A stretch of DNA of 64,000 nt from Chrysemys picta bellii (taxonomy: Eukaryota). A program made the position numbers and the translations under genes. The stretch covers positions 3,348,001-3,412,000 of the forward strand of contig NC_088807.1 of NCBI RefSeq assembly GCF_011386835.1, read 5' to 3'. Shown piece after piece: positions 22,518-32,077 of the stretch. Below the pieces are notes generated by a model. That model did not search any database, was not told the origin of the DNA, and saw nothing but the letters and a program-made list of their open reading frames with translations. Position 1 is the first letter of the stretch. Each line of letters starts with the position of its first letter.

Positions 22518-23401
22518 CGTAGATAAATCTCTGATAATTTTCATACGACTTTACATTGCGCCTCTTCCTCTAACCTTGTAGTGGGTCTACCCACGTGTGA
22601 CCTCTGTTTTCCTCAGACTTTGTATCAAAGCCTAATATAGAAACCTTGTACTGATGAGCCTTGGTGTACGGAAACTTTGTGTTAAGCCTTGGTATAATGT
22701 TATAGGCCCTAAGGATAGTTAAAGTAGAAGGAAAATGTCTTTTTGCTAGGAGTAGAATAAGATCTCCCCCCACCCCCCAACTCGCTTAATCAATTGCCCT
22801 GTTGAATGAATGAGGTGTGGATGAGCAAGGCATGGAAGGCAGCACCTCCAGACAGCTGCAACAGTTGGAGAGGGGCTGGGAGCCAGAGCCAAGGACAATA
22901 AAACGTGTCAAGTGGGCTCACTAAAGAAGAGCAGACATACTGAAGGACTTGGGGGGTAGAAGCAGGCACCTTCTTTTGGAAACACCCTCTTTGCAGCATT
23001 GGGACAACCCCCAGAAGGAAGCGGCACAAAGGACCAATGGACACAGACACAGATTTCGAAGCTGGTACAGATTTGCATGAGAGGGAAGCTGCTATAAAAG
23101 TGAGGTGTCTTGCAGAGGACCCCGGGTCTCGTCTTGTCAACATGGGAGCATCGATCCAGATCGGCAGAAGCCCGGCTCCACCCCTCCCCCATCTAACTCA
23201 CCTGGCCAGTGAAGTTAAGGGGAGCAACTAATTGGTAACAACAACAAGACAGAGTGTGCTTGTGTGTAGGTGAGTGCATGAGTGTAATATATATATCATA
23301 TGCATATGATACAGTGTTAATGAATACATGTATTACTAATAAATGTGGCGTTTTGCCTTATTCCCCCTGAAAAGATCCTGTGCAGAACTTTAAGTACAAC
23401 A
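22518..23401 (+). mobile_element. Solo LTR #2, same family as #1
   Basis: CGTAGAT...TACAACA, TSD ACCC; near-empty site at about 35477. Confidence 0.85.
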
Positions 23402-23742
23402 ACCCTCCTTCCCCAGAACCACGCAGTCTAATTAGCATGCGGGGAGGGAGGGGTATTTTGCTCACCTGCCTGTGAATCTGGATTCACATCAGACAGGCAA
23501 CGCCCCGGGCATCAGCTGGCAGAAAAAACTCTTCCGTTAACAGAACACACAGCGAGCTCCCAACCCACCTCTCTGCAGCTTCCGAACGGAAACGTGGCAG
23601 AGAAGAGCTGAAAATTCCTCATTAGGGGGGTAAAAAAACCACCTCAAACAACTATTTTTTTAACCCCCTCACACTCTGATGACACAATGGAGATCATCAT
23701 TCCGGCTCACGTGAGAGATTTGTGGAGACCCGCTCCGGGCTC

Positions 23743-23880
23743 TCAGTTGAGCTTCACCATGACTGTGGAGTTGGTGATCCGTGCGCCGTAGTGTCCTCGC
23801 CAGAAAAGAATGTCCTTCCCTTTGTGGAGGAAATGCACATACCGGACGCCGCGGCCGTACTGCCTGAACCGGTAGGACAC
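23743..23880 (-). CDS. Copy A exon 5 (terminal)
   Basis: [45 protein letters not shown]. Confidence 0.92.
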   Translation of the reverse strand: MSYRFRQYGRGVRYVHFLHKGKDILFWRGHYGARITNSTVMVKLN

Positions 23881-26800
23881 CTGGGAGGGAAGGAAAAGGA
23901 ACCCAAATTGATCTCTGGACCCTGTCACAAATCCATGGGCTCCAGAGAGAGGAGGTAGGGGCTACACAGACTGGGGAAGATATTCTTGCAGGGCAGGGGC
24001 TGGGCAAAACGGAATAACTGCTGTGCAGCGAGGGGGGGTCGGAGAGCAGGCGCCTGCCCCACAGTCCCCCCAGAGTAGTGGCCTCAGTTCCCTGTAAGGT
24101 GCATGGCCGCGCAGCAGCCTATTTAGTGCTGTGCAGGGGCTCAGGGAACCCGCCCGGCCGGGACCTGCCGCAGGCGGGGCGCCCCACCCCCAACTCAATC
24201 CCCAGACCTGCCATGGTCGGGGGAGGGGCGTCCTCAACCCAGCCCTATCCAGGACCTGCCTCGGCCAGGGAGAGAGGCGCCCCAGCCCTCCTGTGGCTGG
24301 GGGATGGGCGCCTATCCCATGGCCCCAGCCCCGGAGCTGCTGCAGCAGGGAGAGGGGCCTCTCCCCCAAACCCAAGTGCTGCTGTGGGGGGAGCCCTCAC
24401 TCCCTGCCATAGCCCCAGAGCACCCTCCTGCACCCCAAACCCCTCATCGCCAGCCCCACCCCAGAGCCTGGACCCTCAGCCAGCGCCCTCACCCCCTGCA
24501 CCCCAACCTTCTGCCCCAGCCCTGAGCCCCCTCCCACACATCCCTTCCATATTGGTGCACAGAACCAGGGTGGATACAAATCAATGGTTTTAAAAAAAAA
24601 AAAAAAATCTGATTTTTTTGATAAAATGCTTTTTGAGGAAAAAACTTATCTAAAGCTAGTTTTAATTACGATATCTTTGAGCTGTAACGTATCTCATCAT
24701 GGAATAGGGATTATACCTTCTAATTCTATAGTATGAGACAATATATTCATGTCATGTTGAAGAAAAGTTTTGTAAATGAGTTCCAATAGTTCATGGATTA
24801 GGGACCCAATCTTACAGGCTTCCAGGGGCTTCTGTATAGATTATTTGGGTCAGAGGTGGGCAAACTACGGCCCGTGGGTCCGTCCTGTCCGACCCTGGAG
24901 CTCCCGGCCGGGGACGCTAGCTCCCAGCCCCTCCCCTGCTGTCCCCCGTCCCCCACAGCCTCAGCTCGCCATGCCGCCAGCGGTGGGGCTCTGAACTCCG
25001 GTTGGGCAGCGCGGCTGTGAGAGCCGCCGGCCTGCCCCGGTGCTCTAGACTGCATGGTGGCATGGCTGGCTCCGGCCGGGCGGCGCGGCTGCCAGTCCTG
25101 GTGCTCTGAGCATGGTAAGGGGGCGGAGAGCAGGGGGGTTGGATAAGGAGCAGAGTGTCCCAGGGGCCAGTCAGGGGACAGGGAACAGGGGGTGGTTGGA
25201 TGGTGTGGAGGTTCTGGGGTGGGGGGTTGGTCAGGGGATGGGGAACACAGGAGTTGGATAGTCGTGGGAGTCCCGGGGGAGCCTGTCAGAGGGCAGGGGG
25301 GTGGATAGGGGTCGGGGCAGTCAGGGGACAAGGAGCGGCGGGGTTGGATGGGTCACGGGTTCTGAGGGGGGCGGGAAGTGGGAGGGGGCGGGGGACAGGC
25401 TGTTTGCCGAGACACAGCCTTCCCTACCCGTCTCTCCATACAGTTTCGGAATCCCGATGTGGCCCTTAGGCCAAAAAGTTTGCCCACCCTGATTTAGGTC
25501 TTTCTATCTACCCAATGGGACTCAGTGCTCAGTCTAGAAGATACCATCAGAGATGCTTAGTTTTGCAGTTCTCAAACTGGATTTGTGTCTCCAGAGATAA
25601 CATGCTTGTTAACAGCAAAAATGTTTTTAAATAAAAATATATATATAGAGAGAGAGGTGAGAAATAACAGACCTCAACCCTATTGTCCCTCTGCAAATTT
25701 GTGTACACACAGTCATTCTCTTACGTCTCTCTCTAAAAGTGCAAAGTTTCAAGAAGTTCAATGAATAGAAGGTTGTTGGGGGCGGAACAGATCTGGACAA
25801 GGAGAAGAAGTCTGGAGATACATGTGAGAAGGGAGGGAGAGGCAGTAGAAACAAAAGTGAAACTGTTTGAGCAGCATAATCCAGAAATCTTGAGCGTAGC
25901 CTTCATTGATTTGAGATCTACCATACCATTCTCTCACTAGAAGGGAAAACCTATAATGGCAGCAAGCCATAAGAGAGACCCAATTTGGGTTTCATCTATC
26001 TGAGTTGTGAGGAATATGTATTAAGATTATACCAACCAACAAGAATGCACTTTTATGTTGAAATACATGATTTAAATCACTAGTCAGGAAGACTTGATTT
26101 AATCACGATTTAAATCAAATCCACCCTGCACATAACAAAATTCATTCTGCACATGGGTGGGAAAAATTAAAGGGAGCTCTGGTGGTGACTCCCATCCCAC
26201 AGGTCTGGGCCCGGCTCCAGCCGCTTGCAGAATTCGGAGGAGCCCGCTAGAGCGTCACGTAACACGAGTGTCCGTGCACAGGTGGGGCCATTCCCACCTC
26301 CTTCCTGGCCCTGGTGCAGCTGGAAGCAGAACTTTTCCTGCCGAGGGGGGCAGGCAGGAATAGTTTGGGGGGAGGATGAGCGCCCACTAGCCCTGGCCAT
26401 CTGCCGCCTGTGGTGGGCTAGTGGATAGAGGACTGGATGTCAGGAGACCCGTGTTCTATTCCTCTCTCTGCCACTGCCACCCGCGCCTCCACTCCATAAT
26501 AAAACATACATAATTTTACAAATTACGCCCACTTCATCCCTACCGCTTTTCCATGGTAGATCTCAAAGCGCTTTACAATAGAGCTTGGTATCGTTATCCC
26601 CCTTCCACAGGGAAACGGGGGCACAGGGAGGGGAAGTGACTTGCCCAAAGTCAACCCAGTGGCTGAGTCGGTTCTAGAACCCAGGTGTCCTGACTCCCAG
26701 TCCCCAAATGTTCCCAGAGAGCTGACAACGGAGCCGGCTCACCTGGTGATACTGCGAGTCATTCGACTGTTCTAAGCGATCGGGGTTGGCCTGGAATTCA

Positions 26801-29800
26801 GCGATTACAGTTGTTCTGTTGGCAGCCAGGAGCTTGACGCAGATGGAGTATACACCGCCAGCGCCTTGCCGGGCGCCCCACCTGTGGGATGGGAACAGAC
26901 GTTGGGGAAAAAGGAACCTCAGGGGGCAGCAGGAGGGAGACAGGACACAGCACCCCCAAATATAGATCGTAAGAGGAATCCTGGGAACACACACAGACAA
27001 ATCCAACACATGCAGCACCACCGGATTTTTGGTTCCCATCAATCAGGGGATTGCACCAGCATCTTAGCTCCAAGCACTGTAACATCCTCACCCGCTGGTC
27101 TTGTCTAGCCCAGCAACTTCAGGGAAGCCCGACTACAATCCTAGCCAGCAAGTCCGAGAGCAGACGTGACCTGCGACGTGCATTTGACGCAAGCCCCTGA
27201 CCAAGAGTTGGGCGGGAGAAACTCACTGTTAAAAATCCAACCGTTCTCACTGCTTTAATTGAGGCCTAACAGGGCTCCCAACCCACATCTCTGGGTCCTC
27301 CGAGGGGACCTCCAGCTAAAAAGCAGATCAAACGAGGTGCAACAGGCTTGATATATTTAGGGCTTAAAAAACAACAACCCCAATACAAACCCCCAAACTC
27401 TTTGATTCTGAAGCACAGGTAGGGGCCCATTTTTTTTCAGCAGGTCACCATTAAGGCCTCTAGGGAGAAGAGGGTGAAACTTACCAATCGGAGATGTAGA
27501 TTTCCGGTTGGTAGTTATCCAACAGTTCTTCCCACAACCCCTCCTCTAGAAGATCTACCATCTGCGATTTGACACACCACCTACAGAGGGGGAAAGGAAA
27601 CCCTAATGACATATTGCAATAGCACCTAACTGAGATCAAAGCCACATTGTGTTGGGCGCAGAACAGACTCTGTGGACGCTAGGGGGAAAAAAGGGGTATT
27701 AGTGGACAGGTGTTGAAATCCTGCTGTAGATAAGGCAGCTGTGGGTTTAACGTGTTGGCAGGTCAAGATGAACTCTAGGAAGAGACAATCACGGTCCCAC
27801 AGAGTTCACGGTGCAGACATGGTGGGCAAAGGGTGGGAGGGGAAACCGAGGCACAGACAGAGGAAGTCGTTTTTGCTCACGGTCACCCAGCAGAGCCAGG
27901 AACAGAGCTCAGCTGTTCAAGCTTCCAGGCACTGCCCCAGGACAGCTCCCTGTGTAGACAGGCAAAGCGGCCATAAACTATGATTTAAACTCATGGGGTC
28001 AGTTTCCCCCAGTGCAAATAATGTCTGTTATAGGAGTTTGCTGGGGCAGCTACGCCTGGGGCTGGAATCGGGGCAAATCAGCCGTGCAGAGAAGGCCTCG
28101 TAAATCTGGAGTGACACCGTTCCCAGTTCTCCTCTGCCAGGCACCTTGGGTCGATACCGACACCTGGGTAGAGTGTGTGTGTTTGTGTGTCATGACGACA
28201 CAAGGGCAGCACAGAGTCAGGGCCTGCATCTGATCTTGGTTATACTGCTGCAAATCCAGAGCAACTCCAGATTTACTTAGGGCTTGTCTACACTGGCAAG
28301 TTTCTGCGCAGTGAAGCAGCTTTTTGCGCTCAAACTGCAGACGTGTACACACTGCCACCTTGTGCGCCAAACTCCTCAGTTGCAGCGCTGCAAAAAACCC
28401 ACCCCGAGAAGAGTCGTGAGGCTGTTTGCACAGAGGCTCCAGCGCTCATTGCCAGTGTAGACACTTGATTGCTATTGCGCTGTAATTGGCTTCCGGAGCT
28501 GTCCCTTAATCCCTCAAGTGACATCCCAGCATTTCCCCCGTTCCCTGCCTCAGGACTGGTTGCATCCTGCCACTGTCTGAACTCAGACAGCCTCTGTCCC
28601 CCAAAACACACTGTGTCTCCCCCCCCCTCCATACACACACACACTCCCTGTCACACACTCTCCCCCCTCCCCACCCAGTTGAAAAGCAGCTGGCAATGTA
28701 GTAGGATGCCCATGGAACAGTGGGATTGGGAAACCTGCATCATGTGACGCTGTGCCTCCCCCATGAGGCATTGCAAACCCTTCCCAAAGCCCCCTGCGGC
28801 CAGTTGCACAGGGGGAAGCTCCCACAATGCACTGCTGTCTTTGCCCCTTGCAAGAGCTGCTAATGTGGACGTGCTCCAGCGTCACAAGGAGCACAGTGTG
28901 GACACACAACAGCGGTTTAATTCCAGCGCTTTAATAAAAGTGACAAGGAGTCCGGTGGCACCTTAAAGACTAACAGATTGATTTGGGTAAAGCTTATACC
29001 CAAATCAATCCGTTAGTCTTTAAGTTGCCACCAGACTCCTTGTTTTTGTGGATACTGACTAACACGGCTACCCCATGATACTTAATAAAAGCGGTATAAC
29101 TTGTGGTGCAGAAACTTGCCAGTGTAGACACACCCTTAGACCACGTCCACAGTAGGAGCACTTTGCCGGTATAAGAATCCCAGGATACCCTGTTGGCAAC
29201 GAAAACCACCCTCCCTGAGCAACACAAACTCTCCTAGTAACAATGCACCGTTCTGTATCACTGAATCCACACTGGCTAGCACAACTCTCTTCCCAACGCC
29301 TGACCGACAGATCTGTGCCGGCAGAAATCTGTAGCGTAGCCCTAGCCTAAATCCAGAGCCACTCCGGATTTACTGGTGTGTACATATATTTGGGACATGA
29401 CGGTACAAGGTGCAGGGCAGACTCTGGCCTGGCACCTCTGGGTCTCATTTATGCTGGGTCAATCCAGAGTGACTCTGGATTCACAGGGGAACACGCAACA
29501 TCAGGATCGGTCTGGCCTTTGGAGAACAGGTAGCACTCTGCCGCATGGGGAAGGTGGGGGGCAAACAGGAAGGCCCAGGGGACAGACTCACTGAAAGGAT
29601 GAGACGAAGCAGGTCTGGGCCGGGGCGCCCTCGACCGGGCAGAGGTTCCCTTCCACATTCCAGCCATTGCCCCCATGCTCCACCTGCCAGTGAGAGAACT
29701 GATCTGTGGGAAGACGATGCGTCAAAGGGGGGGTGTAAGGTGTGGTAGGAGCTGGTTTGATGGGGTGGGGGGCGACATCCTGGTGGGCACCCGACACCCT

Positions 29801-31006
29801 GGTGGGCACCCATTCCCATTCCTATGGCTGATCTTATGGTCCCCCCCCCCCGCCCTAGACTCTCCTCGCCTCCTCCCATAACCCCCCCGCTTTCCCCCAT
29901 CCCTCTCCCTACAACCCCCATGTTCCCATCCATCCCTACCCCCCTTTCCTTACCCCCTCCCATAATCTCCCCCGCCCCGTCCGGCACCCACCCTGCCCGC
30001 AGGGGTTCCGGACCAGGTTGCGCCCGAAGGGCTCCAGGAGGCCGATCCGGCTCCACTGCGGTGAGGGGCAGAGGCGGGCGGCCACTAGGATGGCCCCCAA
30101 GCGCGGCCACCTCTCGCCCTGCAGCCGCCAGACCGTGGGCCCGTCGATGAGGTCCCGCCAGCGGCGACACACCAGCCGGCAGCGGGTCACCAGGGCGCGG
30201 CCCGGGACCCAGCTCAGGATCAGCGCCAGCAGCTCGTCCGGCAGCCGGTTCAGCTCCAGCGGGGCCGGGAGAGATGGGGGCGCCGACTGTGGCCTGTCCG
30301 GGGAAAACGGGAGCGCCGAGAGCCGCGCCCTCTCCGGCCTTGCCCCGAAAAACAGGAGCCCGACCTGCCGCTCCAACTGCCGCCTGCTCTCCTGCTGCTG
30401 CTCCCACAGCCGCTGCCGCTTCAACTGCCGCCTGCTCTCCTGCTGCTGTTCAAACTGCCGCTCCAACTGCCGCCTTCTCTCCTGCTGCTGCAACTGGCGC
30501 TCCAACTGCCACCTGCTCTCTTGCTGCTCCATCAACTGCCTCTCCCGCTCCATCAACTGCTGCTCCCGCAGCTCCCACTGCTCCCTGCTCTCCTGCTGCT
30601 GCTCCATCAACTGCCTCTCCCGGTCCATCAACTGCTGCTCCCGCAGCTCCAACTGCTCCCTGCTCTCCTGCTGCTGCTCCATCAACTGCCTCTCCCGGTC
30701 CATCAACTGCTGCTCCCGCAGCTCCCACTGCTCCCTGCTCTCCTGCTGCTGCTCCATCAACTGCCTCTCCCGGTCCATCAACTGCTGCTCCCGCAGCTCC
30801 AACTGCTCCCTGCTCTCCTGCTGCTGCTGCAACTGCCGCCTGCTCTCCTGCTCCATCAACTGCTGTTTGCTCTCCTGCTGCTGCTGCAACTGCCGCTCGC
30901 TCTCCTGCTCCATCAACTGCCGCCTGCTCTCCTGCTGCTGCTGCAACTGCCGCTCGCTCTCCTGCTGCTGCTCCATCAACTGCCGCTCGCTCTCCTGCTG
31001 CTGCAT
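23743..31006 (-). CDS. FBXO17/FBXO27-like F-box/FBA lectin, copy A, with N-terminal Q/E-rich repeat (about 499 aa in the unspliced exon-1 model)
   Basis: Exons 29992-31006, 29592-29703, 27485-27580, 26743-26881, 23743-23880 are GT-AG and in frame. F-box LPDELLALILSWVP...[13 protein letters not shown]; FBA motifs [33 protein letters not shown]. The start is uncertain (see findings). Confidence 0.85.
24566..26128. mobile_element. Non-autonomous hAT element in intron 4 of copy A (orthologous at 37082-38014 in B; right-end remnant at about 50470-50807 in C)
   Basis: TIR CAGGGTGGAT, TSD CACAGAAC/CACATAAC, TGATTTAAATCA subterminal repeats. Confidence 0.8.
24851..25491. mobile_element. hAT MITE nested in the previous element, copy A only
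   Basis: TIR CAGAGGTGGGCAAACT, TSD ATTTGGGT/ATTTAGGT; empty site at 37361. Confidence 0.8.
26743..26881 (-). CDS. Copy A exon 4
   Basis: 139 nt, [46 protein letters not shown]. Confidence 0.92.
27485..27580 (-). CDS. Copy A exon 3
   Basis: 96 nt, [31 protein letters not shown]. Confidence 0.92.
28945..29077. mobile_element. Penelope-like hairpin fragment, copy A only
   Basis: GGTGGCACCTTAAAGACTAAC...GTTAGTCTTTAAGTTGCCACC inverted repeat, recalled as typical of turtle Penelope remnants. Confidence 0.5.
29592..29703 (-). CDS. Copy A exon 2
   Basis: 112 nt, [37 protein letters not shown]. Confidence 0.92.
29992..31006 (-). CDS. Copy A exon 1 (Q/E repeat, linker, F-box)
   Basis: ATG at 31006; open frame to donor CAG G|GTGGGT; 338 codons + 1 nt. 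Confidence 0.7.
30362..31006 (-). repeat. CAG/GAG-rich repeat with a 4 x 75-nt core (30527-30826)
   Basis: QQQESREQ[L/W]ELREQQLM[D/E]RERQLME x4, flanked by shorter QQQESxRQL units. Confidence 0.92.
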
Positions 31007-31085
31007 GTCCGCGGGAGCCCGGCTCTCTCTGCCGCACAACGGCCTGGCTCGCTCAGGCCCAGCTCTCGCTCCTCGCTGCACCCGC

Positions 31086-31181
31086 TCACGGGACCCAGCT
31101 CAGGATCTGCGCCAGGAGCTCGTCCGGGAGCGGGTTCAGGTCCAGCAGGACCGGGGGAGCCCGGCTCTCCGACTGCCCCAT
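31086..31181 (-). other. Truncated F-box 5' fragment (31 codons + TGA) upstream of copy A: uORF or alternative first exon
   Basis: [31 protein letters not shown], identical in protein to the start of copy C; GTGAGC donor overlaps the stop. Confidence 0.75.
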
Positions 31182-31876
31182 GGCCGGGGGGCGGCCTGGC
31201 TCGCTCAGGCCCAGTTACTTTCCCCGCTGCATCCGCTCATGTGATCCCGGCCCCGCCTTGGAGCCGCCCCGGCCTCGTTTACACGGTGCAAAGCGAGCAC
31301 CGGATTCCCCCCTTGCCCGCCAGGGGGTGCCTGGAACAGGCTCCGGGTTCCCCGCTCCGCCCCGCTGCGGGGTCTGACACCGGCTCTGGTCCAGGCTGCC
31401 AGCCGGCAAAGCCCCCACACCGGAAAAGAAGCTGGGAGATGGAGGGGGGTGAAAAGTGAGGGGGGGGGGCTCAGGACTCCTGGGTTCTCTCCCCAGCTGC
31501 AGGCGAGCGGGGGGGGGGGGGGTCTAGTGGTTAGAGGGGGGCCAATGCCGGGGGTGAGGAGAGAAGGGGGGGACCAGGTGGGGGGGGGGCGCTGTGCGGG
31601 GGAGGGGGCACAGAGGAGTGGGGGGGGGCACCAGGGACAGCGGGATTGGGGGTGACTCCGATTTACACCAGCCGGCGACCAGAGCCGGTGTCAGACCCCG
31701 CAGCGGGGCTGAGCGGGGAACCCGGAGCCTGTTCCAGGCGCCCCCTGGCGGGCAAGGGGGGAATCCGGTGCTCGCTTTGCACCGTGTAAACGAGGCCGGG
31801 GCGGCTCCAAGATCCCATGAGCGGATGCGGCGAGGAGCGGGAGCTGGGCCGGAGCGAGCCAGGCCGCCCCCCGGCC

Positions 31877-32077
31877 ATGGGGCAGGCAGAGAGCCGGGCT
31901 CCCCCGGCCATGGGGCAGCCGGAGCGGCGGGGGTCGGAGTTGGAGCCCCTGATTTCAGGGCAGGCGGGACAGGGCGCGGCGCTCGGAGCTGACCCCGCTC
32001 CCGGACGGGCTCCTGGCGCGGAGCCTGAGCTGGGTCCCGGCCGCGCCCTGGGGACCCGCTGCCGGTGTAGTGTATGA
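31877..32077 (+). pseudogene. Inverted, frameshifted fragment of an F-box exon 1
   Basis: Starts MGQAESRAPP; a shifted frame reads [28 protein letters not shown]; 31680-31890 is the reverse complement of about 31160-31390. Confidence 0.8.

Noticed and set aside
19748-23401. A single provirus with 5' and 3' LTRs
   Set aside because: Each LTR has its own TSD, and the intervening 1.9 kb occurs without LTRs in the other units.
30018-31459. Long plus-strand ORFs (Cys-rich CCSINCLSRS, Ala/Pro-rich, Leu-rich) that resemble keratin-associated or mucin-like proteins
   Set aside because: They are the antisense frames of the CAG/GAG repeat and F-box exon 1; low-complexity GC-rich DNA lacks stops.
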